A stretch of DNA of 64,000 bases from Syntrophorhabdaceae bacterium (GCA_963665295.1 OY762209.1:4544001-4608000); one strand, 5' to 3'. Positions 48,033 to 58,368 are shown, counted from the first letter of the stretch. Notes: generated by a model from the letters alone, not told the origin. Made by a program: numbers and translations.

Positions 48033-51000
48033 TCATATTACTTCCGGTGCGAAGCCACGGCGCGCGGTGTTTTCCGTTACCACTCTCGAGTCCATGAAGT
48101 GCAGGAGGTACTCCGGACCACCCGCTTTCGTTCCCAATCCTGAAAGTCTGAAACCTCCGAAGGGCTGGCGCTCGACCAGGGCCCCCGTGATAGGGCGGTT
48201 CAAATAGAGGTTCCCCACTCTGAATCTACGCCCCGCCTCTTCCAGATTTCGCGGGCTTCGACTGTAAACGCCGCCCGTCAGCGCGAATCGGGTCGAGTTG
48301 GCCCACCGGAGGGCCTCGTCAAAAGTCTTCACCTTCATAACGGCAAGGACAGGGCCGAATATCTCCTCTTCGGCAATTACATGCCCGGGGAGAATGTCTC
48401 CTACGATGGTGATGGGCACATAGTTGGCTCCTCCGGGGGTTGCCCCTGAAAAGAGTATCTTTCCTTCCTGCCGGGCGATCCCGATATATTTCATTATCCT
48501 CGCCCGGGACGCGTCATCGGCTACAGGCCCTACGCTGAAAGCGGGGTCGTCGGCGGGTCCAACACCCAGGGCCCTCGCGGCTTCTATCAGCCGCTCCACG
48601 AAGGTATCATAAATGGAGGAAAGGACTATCACGCGGGAGCACGACGAACATTTCTGACCCTGAAATCCGAAAGCCGAAGTGAGGACTCCGGGAATGGCCT
48701 CGTCCAGGTTGGCATCCGCATCGACAATGATGGCGTTCTTGCCGCCCATTTCCGCGATCACCCTCTTTACATACCCTTGCCCCTCAGCGACAACGGCCGC
48801 CTTTTCCACAATGGCGAGACCCACCCGGGTAGACCCCGTGAAGGCGATGGTACTCACCATGGGATGGTCGGTCAAATACTCGGCGATCACCTCCGTCCTG
48901 CCCGGCAGAAAATTGAATACCCCGCGAGGGAGACCCGCCTCGCGGAAGGCATCCGCAAGTTGACGGCCTGTAACCGGAGTCAGAGGGGACGGCTTGTAGA
49001 CCACAGAGTTGCCCGTGACGATGGCCGCCGACACCATACCGCTGCTGATGGCGAGAGGAAAATTCCACGGCGCGATCACTACAGTCACACCCCTGGGCTC
49101 ATAGAAATAATGGTTTGATTCCCCCGGGGGCGACGGGAGACGCCTTGCCGTTCCCAGGCGCACCATCTCGCGGGCGTAGTATTCCATGAAGTCGATCGCC
49201 TCGGCCACGTCCGCCGATGCCTGGTCCCATTGTTTTCCTATCTCCAGGACCTGCCCGGCCGCAAGTTCGTATCTTCTGGAACGCAAGGCCGCCGCCGCCT
49301 TAAGAAGAACGCACGCCCTTTCATCGGCCTTCGTATCCCGCCATGTCTCGAAACTCTCCCCCGCCGCCCGGATGGCGTCCTCAGCCTCCTCTATGCCTGC
49401 CTGACAGACATGTGCGATTACCTCACCGGGATCGGCCGGGTTCAGGGAAGGGACCGTATCGGAAGTCGTCATGTCTTTGCCGTCGATAAAGAGGGGACAA
49501 GTCTTCCCCAGGTTGCGGCGCACCGAAGCCAGGGCTTCTGCAAAGAACTCCCTTTCCTTTTTCTTCGTGAAATCGGAGGGAGGTTGGTTCTTGAAAAGCC
49601 CCATGACGCACGACGTATCACGGGTCCCCTTGTCCCCCTCCTGTGCTCTCGAAGACACACCTCCGGCGGTCTTGCACTGGGCGTCCGATGGGTCCCGGAG
49701 GAGGCTCGCCATGTCGGCCCCCTCGGCAAACATGAGGCGGAGGAAACTCTGGTTGGCCGTATTCTCGAGCAAGCGGCGCACCAGGTACGCTATGCCGGGC
49801 ACAATCGGACCCAAAGGGCAGTAAACCCGTACCCTGCCTCCCGGGCCGACGAGGGTTCTCAGTACAGGCTCGGCCATCCCGTAGAGTACCTGGAACTCGT
49901 AACGGTCCTGGGGAACGCCCATATGGTCCGCCATCTCAAGGACCGCGGCGATGGAACGGATATTGTGTGAACCGCATGCCAGATAGGAGGTCTCATGGTT
50001 CTCGAGGATCAGACGGGCATGCCGCTCAAAAGCGGCATCCGTTTCCGCCTTTCCTGTGTAAACCGGTACCTCCCACCCGTTCTGCCGCGCCCGCATGATC
50101 TCGTAGTCCCAGTACGCGCCTTTGATCAACCTGATGCTGATGGGCAACCCATGTTGCCGCGCCCAGCCAAGAAGGTCCCGGAGGTCCCGGTCCGTATCGG
50201 GGAGATAAGCCTGCATGGCGATGCCCAGGTGCGGGTAATCCGGGTATTCCAGTCGAAGTCTCCTGTAGACCTCCAGGAAGATATCCTTGTCCTGGTATGA
50301 TTCCATATCGATGGTCAACGCCCCTCTTACGCGGATCACCTTCTCATACACCCCCCGAAGGCGTCCAAGAATGCCCGTAACGGATCCCTCGAAATCCAGG
50401 GGCCTCGTCTGAGAGTAAAGAGAGCTTGGCTTGAGGGACACACTGATCCTGGGGGCGTACCCCCAGTCAAGCGTGGTTCCGCGGCCGTTCAGGGATGTCC
50501 AACCCGCCGCGGCCTTTTCCAGCGTGTCAAGGAGGGAGATGTAGAGATCCGCGTACTGTTCGGCCTCTCTTTCACTCAAGACGGCTTCACCGAGTATGTC
50601 AATGGAAAAAGCGCACCCCGAACGCCTTATCCGCGACAGGCCCTTGAGGCTTTGAGCAGCCGTTCCCCCCACTATGAACTGCTTTCCAAGTTTGTTGATA
50701 CTATAGCGGATGGCGCTACCCAGAAAGGCCGCCCCCACCCAACCCGTCTGTTGGGCAACCCGTGTGCCCAGGCGCAAGGCCACAGGTAACGACGGGTCCT
50801 GATTATCGAAATACTCACCGAGATGGCGGGTAAGCAGACGAGACGTGGTAAGAGAAGGAAAAACATCGACAAAGCGAAGCAGCCTGGTACGGAAGTCGTC
50901 ATGCCTGAGAGACCAGTCCATCATCCGGCCCACCCACCGGCCCGTTTCGAAGACGGAGGGTTTCTTCCCTTCCATAGACTTAAACAGTTCCTCGCCCCGC

Positions 51001-51035
51001 CCTATTATTCTCAGATTCAGTTCGTCCCGGTCCAT
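48033..51035 (-). CDS. putA: Bifunctional proline dehydrogenase / P5C dehydrogenase
   Basis: DILGE, IDME, RLIKGAYWD, YLVRRLLEN; ALDH motifs PWNFP, EMGGKN, QKCS, EEIFGP. Confidence 0.95.
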   Translation of the reverse strand: MDRDELNLRIIGRGEELFKSMEGKKPSVFETGRWVGRMMDWSLRHDDFRTRLLRFVDVFPSLTTSRLLTRHLGEYFDNQDPSLPVALRLGTRVAQQTGWVGAAFLGSAIRYSINKLGKQFIVGGTAAQSLKGLSRIRRSGCAFSIDILGEAVLSEREAEQYADLYISLLDTLEKAAAGWTSLNGRGTTLDWGYAPRISVSLKPSSLYSQTRPLDFEGSVTGILGRLRGVYEKVIRVRGALTIDMESYQDKDIFLEVYRRLRLEYPDYPHLGIAMQAYLPDTDRDLRDLLGWARQHGLPISIRLIKGAYWDYEIMRARQNGWEVPVYTGKAETDAAFERHARLILENHETSYLACGSHNIRSIAAVLEMADHMGVPQDRYEFQVLYGMAEPVLRTLVGPGGRVRVYCPLGPIVPGIAYLVRRLLENTANQSFLRLMFAEGADMASLLRDPSDAQCKTAGGVSSRAQEGDKGTRDTSCVMGLFKNQPPSDFTKKKEREFFAEALASVRRNLGKTCPLFIDGKDMTTSDTVPSLNPADPGEVIAHVCQAGIEEAEDAIRAAGESFETWRDTKADERACVLLKAAAALRSRRYELAAGQVLEIGKQWDQASADVAEAIDFMEYYAREMVRLGTARRLPSPPGESNHYFYEPRGVTVVIAPWNFPLAISSGMVSAAIVTGNSVVYKPSPLTPVTGRQLADAFREAGLPRGVFNFLPGRTEVIAEYLTDHPMVSTIAFTGSTRVGLAIVEKAAVVAEGQGYVKRVIAEMGGKNAIIVDADANLDEAIPGVLTSAFGFQGQKCSSCSRVIVLSSIYDTFVERLIEAARALGVGPADDPAFSVGPVADDASRARIMKYIGIARQEGKILFSGATPGGANYVPITIVGDILPGHVIAEEEIFGPVLAVMKVKTFDEALRWANSTRFALTGGVYSRSPRNLEEAGRRFRVGNLYLNRPITGALVERQPFGGFRLSGLGTKAGGPEYLLHFMDSRVVTENTARRGFAPEVI

Positions 51036-51271
51036 CTTCCTCCTTGAGTTGAGAAATTTTCTTTCCGTCCTATGAATATAAGTCTTGGGAAACAGCGCGT
51101 GCAAGCTCGTGGAAGGGCTTGCGAGCAGCCGGAGTTGCGGCCGGGAGCGACCGCCATGCGCGCTTGATTCCTTATCCTTGACTTTGCCTTCCGTCTGCCG
51201 TAATATCGTCCCATGACGCGCCGCCTGCGGATGGGCAGCACGTACAGGTCATCACGTAACCTGGAGGAGAT

Positions 51272-51928
51272 GTGAGGACAACCTTATTCTTGTCGGATGA
51301 TCACGTTATGGTCAGGGAGGGCCTCCGGTTGTTTCTGGACGGCCAGCCTGGGTTCAACGTCATAGGGCAGGCCTCTGATGGACACGAAACAGTCAGGCAG
51401 GTGCTCAGGCTCAAGCCCGATGTGGTGATTATGGACGTCATGATGCCCGAGCTTAACGGCATCGACGCAACGCGGAAGATTTGCGAGGCAATTCCGTCGG
51501 CAAAGGTGATTATCCTTTCCATGTACGCGAGCAATGAGCACGTTTTTCGCGCCTTCAAGGCGGGGGCGAGCGGGTACGTCCTGAAAGAGATGGCCGGCGA
51601 AGAGCTTGTCCGTGCAATAGAGACGGTTCGCTCGGGAAAACGTTACATTTGTGAAAACATTTCAGGACCCCTCATAGATGACTACATAAAGTACCGGCTG
51701 GCAAACGGAAAACCCGACGATCTCGAACAGTTGAGCGAGAGGGAGCGCGAAGTGCTCCAACTGGTGGCTGAAGGCAATTCGAACAAGCAGATTTCCGGGA
51801 AACTCTCCCTTTCTCCAAGCACGGTGGCAAGCTACCGCTCGCGAATGAAGCAGAAGCTCGGCATAGACGATATATCGGAACTGATCAAATTTGCCATCAG
51901 GCATGGCCTGACATCGGTGAAGGAATAG
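51272..51928 (+). CDS. NarL/LuxR-family response regulator (orphan)
   Basis: DDH…MDVMMP receiver domain and LSEREREVLQL HTH. Confidence 0.93.
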   Translation: MRTTLFLSDDHVMVREGLRLFLDGQPGFNVIGQASDGHETVRQVLRLKPDVVIMDVMMPELNGIDATRKICEAIPSAKVIILSMYASNEHVFRAFKAGASGYVLKEMAGEELVRAIETVRSGKRYICENISGPLIDDYIKYRLANGKPDDLEQLSEREREVLQLVAEGNSNKQISGKLSLSPSTVASYRSRMKQKLGIDDISELIKFAIRHGLTSVKE

Positions 51929-52076
51929 AGACCTCCTCAATAAGGACTCTCGCCACAATCTCTCCCGCATCTATCTTCTTGTACGCGTAAAAGACGTCCC
52001 TGTACGCAAGGACGGTGGCAATCCCTATCTCGCCGTATCCTCCGAGAACCAGGATATTCTTTCCTTTGATCTCCAT
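51897..52076 (-). pseudogene. Collapsed remnant of a Rossmann/SDR-like dehydrogenase gene
   Basis: 59-aa ORF MEIKGKNILVLGGYGEIGIATVLAYRDVFYAYKKIDAGEIVARVLIEE… with strong RBS taaggagg; starts with a GGxGxxG NAD-binding motif but is far too short for the fold. Confidence 0.65.
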
Positions 52077-52087
52077 TGAATTCCTCC

Positions 52088-53845
52088 TTAGTTGTTTTTG
52101 GTGACCCCGGCGGTCCGACTCGCCCTCACCCTATGCAACTTGCTGTGTTTTCTTCCGTACGCCAGGTAACAGCCCAACCCGATGACGAGCCATACAGAGA
52201 AACCAAGCCACGTAGTTCGTCCCAGTTCCGTCATCAAGTAGAGGCATATTTCCAGACCTGCCAGGGGAATGAGTGAAAGCCTTTTCCTGAAACTGACGTA
52301 CGCCAGAAGTGCCGACACAGCCGCGAACCCTATCACGTGGGGATACCTCCACAGGACAGCCGCTTCACGGGGGCTGAAGATGCAGCAGGCCGAAGCGATG
52401 ACAAGGAGGGCGGGGGTGAAGATATACCGGGAATCGATATAGGGGACCTTGAATTTGCCCCGTGACACACTCTTGTCTTCCTCAAGCACCAGAACGCCTC
52501 CACACACAAGGGCAAAGGCAAACAGCGTCCCTATGCTGCAAAGGTCGGTCACGTCGGCGAGATTCATCAGTTGCGACGGGACGATCACCACCGCGCCGGT
52601 AAAGAGCGTTGAGAACCACGGGGTACCGAACCGCGGGTGAATTGCGTGAAATATGGAGGGGAGCAGGCCGTCCCGCCCCATGGACATCATAACCCTGGAC
52701 TGGCTGATGGCCAGAGCGAGAATGACTGTAGCCATGGTTACCACTGCGCTTGCGGCAACGATCCCCGCGATCATCCGGGCGTTGGCGCCATTCCCTGAGA
52801 AGGCGGCCACCAGAGGGTCGCCCACCCGGAGGTCCTTGTAGTTCACGGCCCCTGTCAGCACAAGGGCGAGAGCAACGTACAGAAAGGTACAGATCAACAG
52901 TGAATAGATGATCCCTCGAGGGAGATCACGCTGGGGGTTTCTGCACTCCTCGGCAGTATTTGATATGGCGTCAAATCCTATATATGCGAAGAAGACCCCG
53001 GAAACCCCTTTCAACACGCCGGGCAACCCATTAGGCGCGAAGGGGCTCCAGTTTTCCTGGCGCACGTAAAACGCACCCGCAATAATGACCAGGAGAACTG
53101 TCGCCGTCTTTATGGTGACCAGGCCATTGGTGATGCGCTTTGATTCCCGTATGCCCGTGTAGCTGACCGCAGTGAGGAGGACGACTACACAGAGCGCGGG
53201 AAGGTCGAGGATGGGCCGGATTCCGAAGACAAGGGGTGCCTCGTTCCATGCATGGTATCCGCTCAGGGCGAAGGACATCCCCGGAATCCGGCCGATAGTC
53301 TCCAAGGTGTGACCCTGGCTGAGAAGCTCTCCTATCTTTTGGACGCCTTTCGATGCCGAAAAATAGTCCATGCTCAGGAACCGGGGAAATTCAATGCCGT
53401 AACCCGAGATGAGGCTCGTAAAATAGTCGCTCCATGAAATGGAAACGGCGCTTGCCGCCACGGTATACTCCATAATAAGGTCCCAGCCGATCACCCACGC
53501 GATCACCTCTCCGAAGGCGGCGTAGGAATAGGTGTAGGCTGAACCCGCAATAGGTATGCGTGAAGCGAAGTCCGCGTAGCAAAGGGCGGAACAACCGCAC
53601 GCCAGGCCCATAAAAATACAGAGAAATACAACTGCGGGTCCTCCCCAGTATGCGGCGTTGCCGATAGTGGAAAAGATCCCCGCCCCCACGATTACGGCAA
53701 TGCCGAAGGCCACAAGGTCGGTCAAACCCAGCTCCCGGCGAAGCCCGTCCGCGTCGGATGAACTTCCGCCCGCATGGCAGTCCGCCCTTCCATCGGTAAG
53801 GATCATGGAGAGGTCTTTCTTGCGGAGCAGATCACGGAATTTCAT
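52088..53845 (-). CDS. APC-family amino acid permease (cationic amino acid transporter type)
   Basis: GAGIF, GSAYTY, FFAYIGFD, AEEC.NPQRDLP; RBS aggagg. Confidence 0.93.
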   Translation of the reverse strand: MKFRDLLRKKDLSMILTDGRADCHAGGSSSDADGLRRELGLTDLVAFGIAVIVGAGIFSTIGNAAYWGGPAVVFLCIFMGLACGCSALCYADFASRIPIAGSAYTYSYAAFGEVIAWVIGWDLIMEYTVAASAVSISWSDYFTSLISGYGIEFPRFLSMDYFSASKGVQKIGELLSQGHTLETIGRIPGMSFALSGYHAWNEAPLVFGIRPILDLPALCVVVLLTAVSYTGIRESKRITNGLVTIKTATVLLVIIAGAFYVRQENWSPFAPNGLPGVLKGVSGVFFAYIGFDAISNTAEECRNPQRDLPRGIIYSLLICTFLYVALALVLTGAVNYKDLRVGDPLVAAFSGNGANARMIAGIVAASAVVTMATVILALAISQSRVMMSMGRDGLLPSIFHAIHPRFGTPWFSTLFTGAVVIVPSQLMNLADVTDLCSIGTLFAFALVCGGVLVLEEDKSVSRGKFKVPYIDSRYIFTPALLVIASACCIFSPREAAVLWRYPHVIGFAAVSALLAYVSFRKRLSLIPLAGLEICLYLMTELGRTTWLGFSVWLVIGLGCYLAYGRKHSKLHRVRASRTAGVTKNN

Positions 53846-54168
53846 GGGTTACCTCCTGATGGCGTTTCCTGTAATTCACCGTTCTTACCTCACATAAGCG
53901 GTATGGAAGGTGACTAATAACTAAACCCGGAACGCGGCAATAGTTATGCAGCAAATGTTTGATACTGTGTGCCGAATTAGTTTGCATTCTTTGCATCGGG
54001 TCTCGACCCGGTCGTGTAGCCGCGTCGGCAACCTTGTGATAAAATGCCGCACAAATACGCAAATCAGGGCGGCAGACATGGCACGCCTGTTGGTATACCC
54101 TGTTATCGAGCGACGTTGTCCGGGCCTGGGCGACAAAGAACAGATCAGAATAGATCCCGGAGATGAAC

Positions 54169-54400
54169 ATGGAATGGACTGAAATGGCGACGACCTACCG
54201 GCTTTGCGACGTATTCGTCGACGAGGATTACAGAGGGCGGGACCCGGGCAAAAGACTGGTCGGATTTATTGTCGAGGCCCCCGGGTTAAAGGGATTGTGA
54301 GGAGTTCTCTCAACCGAGGATGCCCACGGGTTGTACGAGAGACACGGGTTCGCCGGGAACTCCGGGAAGGTCATGCTCAAGCCCCACGGGCGGCAACCAT
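54169..54400 (+). pseudogene. GNAT acetyltransferase pseudogene (internal deletion plus in-frame stop)
   Basis: MEWTEM|ATTYRLCDVFVDEDYRGRDPGKRLV…LKGL*GVLSTEDAHGLYERHGF; TGA at 54298-54300; 3' end approximate. Confidence 0.75.
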
Positions 54401-54452
54401 TAAGAATGGGTCCTTCAGAAACAGCAGCGAAGGAGTTGATCTCCCTGTGCCC

Positions 54453-56132
54453 TCAATTCACGTCAGGAATGGAGAGTACCCTTTCGAACCTTGCAGCCAC
54501 GGACTCCTTGTGGGTAATGCAGATGATCGTCTGTTTCTCAAAAATCCTGAACAGGTCGTCGAGGATCTCTTCTTCTACGGCCCCATCCAGGCCCGACGTA
54601 AATTCATCCAACACGAGTACGTGGGGGTCCCTGATAAGGGCGCGGGCAAGGGCGATCCGTTGCTTCTGTCCGCCCGAAAGATTGAATCCCTTCTCCGCGA
54701 AAACGGTTTCGTATTGCTCCGGAAGGCTTTCGATCACGTCGGCGATCCGAACCAGGGCCGCGACCTCCTTGATCCGTTCAAGGGGAACGCCATACCAGCC
54801 CATGGCGATATTTTCCCGGAACGTCTCCCTGAAGAGGTGGGTCTCCTGTCTCACGTAGGCGAAGAAAGTCAAATAAAAAGGCAGGGGATAGGACTCGACG
54901 TCCTTTCCACCGAAAAGAATCTCTCCCGTTTCCGGCTTGAGGAATCTGGTAATCAACTGGGCCAGTGTGCTTTTCCCCGAGCCGCTCGGTCCGACAACTG
55001 CGATCTTTTCACCCGGTTGGATATGAAGATTGACGTTGGTAAGCACGGCCTTGCCGTGGGGATAGGCAAAGGAGACATTACGGAATTCAATATCCGTCCT
55101 TTCCGGCACGCCTTCCAGCGTGAAATCGGCCCGCACCCGTTCTTCGGGAAAATCCATGATCTCCTTCATGCGCTGCAGGGCGGGCAATGCTTGCGCCGAG
55201 TTGATCACTCCCTGGAAAACAAAAAATATCTGGGTGGCAAGTCTGAAGAAAATCACGAAGTACGCCACGAGCATGCCCACGGTAATGTCAGTGCTGCCGC
55301 GACAAATAAGGTATCCCCCCAAAATGAACGGTATGAGCCGAACCGTGACACCCAGGAAATCAAGCCCCGCCGAAGACCAGTCGGACAGAATACGGGTAAT
55401 TATGCTGTGGTCCGCATAACTCTTCGAATCCCTGAAGAACCGGCGTCCGGCCCGTTCCTGCTGCTGGTAAAACCGGATTTCCCTGATTCCGGTCAACATG
55501 TCGAGAAGCGTTTCATTTTGTGCGGCGAGCTTTTCTTTCGAAAGCCTGAAGCTGGTGGCTATAGGTTTGTAAGTCTTCCATGCATATATTTGCAGAAAAG
55601 GGAGCGTGACGAGGAAAGCGAGGCCAAGACGCCAGTTCCAGACAATCAGTCCGGTCACCAGGATCAGGGAAAAGACACAGAAAGCGAGAGACCGCAGCAC
55701 CGTTTGCTGGAAGAAACTGCTGATGAAGTCCAGGTCACTGCTCACCCGGGTCAAAATATCTCCCGAGGGATACTTCGAAAAAAAATCGATCCGCTTCCGC
55801 ATGATGCCGTCCACGAGTGTTTGTCGGAATTGCAGAAACATCCTCTCCGACGCACGTACGGCGAAATTCGAATGGACCGACCAGAATATGAAGGCCACGA
55901 CGTTGGTCAGAAGCAGCAAGGCACTATAGACAAGAAGAAGGTTTGTATCCCTTTCCGGCAGTGCGACGTCGATGATATCTTTAATGATAAAGGGTCCTGC
56001 AAGGGAACCGAAGGTTGAGATGAGGATGAAGAGAGAGGCTGCGGCGAGGTACTTACGCTCCGGCCCGATAGCCGGCCCGAGAAGTTCCCACAAAAGCCCG
56101 AGGACTGATGCTATCTTCTTTTTCTTAACCAA
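54453..56132 (-). CDS. ABC exporter, fused permease + ATPase (MsbA-like)
   Basis: TM domain, GPSGSGKS, LSGGQKQR, LVLDE, ITH; TTG start at 56132 assumed because the longer ORF runs into the IS end. Confidence 0.92.
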   Translation of the reverse strand: MVKKKKIASVLGLLWELLGPAIGPERKYLAAASLFILISTFGSLAGPFIIKDIIDVALPERDTNLLLVYSALLLLTNVVAFIFWSVHSNFAVRASERMFLQFRQTLVDGIMRKRIDFFSKYPSGDILTRVSSDLDFISSFFQQTVLRSLAFCVFSLILVTGLIVWNWRLGLAFLVTLPFLQIYAWKTYKPIATSFRLSKEKLAAQNETLLDMLTGIREIRFYQQQERAGRRFFRDSKSYADHSIITRILSDWSSAGLDFLGVTVRLIPFILGGYLICRGSTDITVGMLVAYFVIFFRLATQIFFVFQGVINSAQALPALQRMKEIMDFPEERVRADFTLEGVPERTDIEFRNVSFAYPHGKAVLTNVNLHIQPGEKIAVVGPSGSGKSTLAQLITRFLKPETGEILFGGKDVESYPLPFYLTFFAYVRQETHLFRETFRENIAMGWYGVPLERIKEVAALVRIADVIESLPEQYETVFAEKGFNLSGGQKQRIALARALIRDPHVLVLDEFTSGLDGAVEEEILDDLFRIFEKQTIICITHKESVAARFERVLSIPDVN

Positions 56133-56301
56133 GGAAGCACCTTTTTCGATTCCCCTTCTCCCATCATGTGACCCTTTGCTAAAGGCTATCACAGGGAGTC
56201 CGGGATACACAAGCGGCATGAGGATTGCCGGGAATTCGAGACTATTATACTTGACATACCCAAACAAATGTTCTATGCTTCTATAAGAAAGGAGATAGAA
56301 C

Positions 56302-57255
56302 ATGAGCCAATCAATAATATCCGCTGCCTACTTCCACAATGAAGATGCCGCTTACGAGTTCGTTGAATCAAGGGTATGGCCCGATGGCCCTGTGTGCCCT
56401 CATTGCGGCGAGCGCGAGCGCATTAGCAAGATGCAGGGCAAGAGCACAAGGATAGGCACTTATAAGTGCTATGCTTGTCGTAATCCTTTCACCGTTAAGA
56501 TCGGGACTATTTTCGAGGGCAGCCATGTTCCTCTGCGCCTATGGCTTCAAGCAATCTATCTAATGTGTGCTTCAAAGAAAGGCATAAGCGCCAACCAGCT
56601 TCACCGGACCTTGGGCGTCACTCTGAAAACTGCGTGGTTTATGGCTCATCGTATTCGTTTGGCAATGGCTCAACCCTCCAAAGAGCCATTCGGGGGGATC
56701 GTTGAAATGGATGAAACATACGTCGGCGGCAAGCTGAAACTTGGTTCTATGGCTGTCAAGCCGGGGGAACGACCTAAAGACAGGCTTTCTCCGGTAGCCA
56801 ACAAGGCTCCTGTGGTATCTCTTGTCCAGCGTAACGGATCGGTCCGGTCTTATCATGTTACCAAGATTACTGCATATAATCTCAGGCCGATAGTCGATGA
56901 GGTTGTAGCGAAGGACGCGCACCTTATGACCGACACTTCAACCATACTCAAAAGCGCCGGGGCGGGCCGTAAACTATCCCAAGTGAACCACGAGCGGGAA
57001 GAGTATGTAAGATACGAGGACGGCGAGTGTATCACCACCAACACGGTTGAAGGCTATTTCAGTATCTTGAAGAGGGGCATTAACGGCGTCTATCATCATT
57101 GCAGTAAACATCATCTTCATAGATACCTTGCGGAGTTTGATTTCAGGTATAATAATAGGGTAGCCAAGGGCGTGAACGATACAGAGCGAGCAGAGAATGC
57201 CCTTAAAGGCATTGTAGGTAAAAGGCTCACCTACAAGAGGCCTGTTAAAGGATAA
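56302..57255 (+). CDS. IS1595-family (ISXO2-like) transposase
   Basis: CPHC…CYAC zinc ribbon, VEMDETYVGG, LMTD, VNH, TNTVEGYFSILKRG, YLAEFDFRYN. Confidence 0.96.
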   Translation: MSQSIISAAYFHNEDAAYEFVESRVWPDGPVCPHCGERERISKMQGKSTRIGTYKCYACRNPFTVKIGTIFEGSHVPLRLWLQAIYLMCASKKGISANQLHRTLGVTLKTAWFMAHRIRLAMAQPSKEPFGGIVEMDETYVGGKLKLGSMAVKPGERPKDRLSPVANKAPVVSLVQRNGSVRSYHVTKITAYNLRPIVDEVVAKDAHLMTDTSTILKSAGAGRKLSQVNHEREEYVRYEDGECITTNTVEGYFSILKRGINGVYHHCSKHHLHRYLAEFDFRYNNRVAKGVNDTERAENALKGIVGKRLTYKRPVKG

Positions 57256-57263
57256 GGAGGACT

Positions 57264-57428
57264 ATGAGGAAAGACGACAAAGGGAACATAAAAAACCACC
57301 ACGATCTGGACGACGAAGAGGAGTCTATAAGATTCGTCGAAAAGGCTAAAGAGACGCAGGCAGAAGGCGCCGATGAACTATTCATGGGGGCCTGTGATTT
57401 AATATTGTCTAAGAAGGCTAAGGACTAG
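57264..57428 (+). CDS. Small IS1595 passenger protein (54 aa)
   Basis: RBS taaggagg right after the transposase; MRKDDKG…EESIRFVEKAKE…ELF; below the ORF-track cutoff. Confidence 0.6.
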   Translation: MRKDDKGNIKNHHDLDDEEESIRFVEKAKETQAEGADELFMGACDLILSKKAKD

Positions 57429-58279
57429 TCTCGTCTTGGTTCTCGCAGTTTTTTGCTAAGGCGCTCTATAAATTTCACTGTGCCGTCTAATATATCTTTC
57501 GCTTCAGTTTCATTATATACAATCCTTGAGTGAGACACATTGTTTCTGTATGCATCCTTGAAATGATCGAACTGGGCCGCTGCGTCCGATACAAAAGTTA
57601 CTTTAGCGGACCACTCTTTGTAGGCCCTATTGCTCATTTGTTTGCGCTTTGGGGCGTCTTTCAGGTAATCTATCGCGTGTTTTATTTTAGAAATTAGTTT
57701 GCCTTGCTCCGCATATTCTATTCCTTTGTATACTTTTGTGATGTTTAGGTGTCTCGCAAAGACCCTTAGGCCGATCTCCACCGCTCTCATTGCGTGGAAC
57801 ACAGAGGCGGTATATTCCCCAAAGACGAAGCATTTGCCGGAATGGTTTAATTCGCTAGAGGCCCCGGGGAACCTTTCTTTTAGTGAGCCGACCACGCCCC
57901 AACTATAGTATTTAGAACGTTCCTGGGGGACATGAAAGAATAAATACCCCCCTATGGCGGAATAAACTACACGTTCCAACATCATGAGTTCGTTCCAAGT
58001 TTTAGGCATGTTCACGGCTAAATATGCCAGCAGATCGGATGCCACTTTGGCGCCTAGGTCGTCACAACATTTAGTCAGGTTCGTTATAAAAAGACGCACA
58101 AATTCTATGTTTTCTTTATCATCTAATGGATGATCCCCAAATGCTTCCAAAACTGCCATCCTAGCCTTAACTTCACCAAACAGTTGGCCAATCTCTATGT
58201 ATTCTTTTGCCGATACTTTAAGCATATCCAATATGCTCCACAGTTTATATGGATTTTCTACCCAAGGTAATAGTTTCAT
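57425..58279 (-). CDS. IS passenger, putative HEPN-domain protein
   Basis: HAMRAVEIGLR helix and C-terminal YRNNVSHS (R-X4-H); RBS aaggagg. Confidence 0.65.
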   Translation of the reverse strand: MKLLPWVENPYKLWSILDMLKVSAKEYIEIGQLFGEVKARMAVLEAFGDHPLDDKENIEFVRLFITNLTKCCDDLGAKVASDLLAYLAVNMPKTWNELMMLERVVYSAIGGYLFFHVPQERSKYYSWGVVGSLKERFPGASSELNHSGKCFVFGEYTASVFHAMRAVEIGLRVFARHLNITKVYKGIEYAEQGKLISKIKHAIDYLKDAPKRKQMSNRAYKEWSAKVTFVSDAAAQFDHFKDAYRNNVSHSRIVYNETEAKDILDGTVKFIERLSKKLREPRRD

Positions 58280-58368
58280 CCTACACCCCTCCTTAAAAAC
58301 CGTCAATATATTGGTTGTATTTTTCCTCCGTAATGGTACAATCGGCTAAAACTTGCGGAGGCTTACCC

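Noticed and set aside
54298..54300. TGA as selenocysteine in the GNAT frame
   Set aside because: The position matches a non-catalytic Arg-like site (probably CGA to TGA) and the gene is also internally deleted.
54204..56018. 604-aa plus-strand ORF
   Set aside because: Antisense shadow of the ABC exporter with no recognisable motifs.
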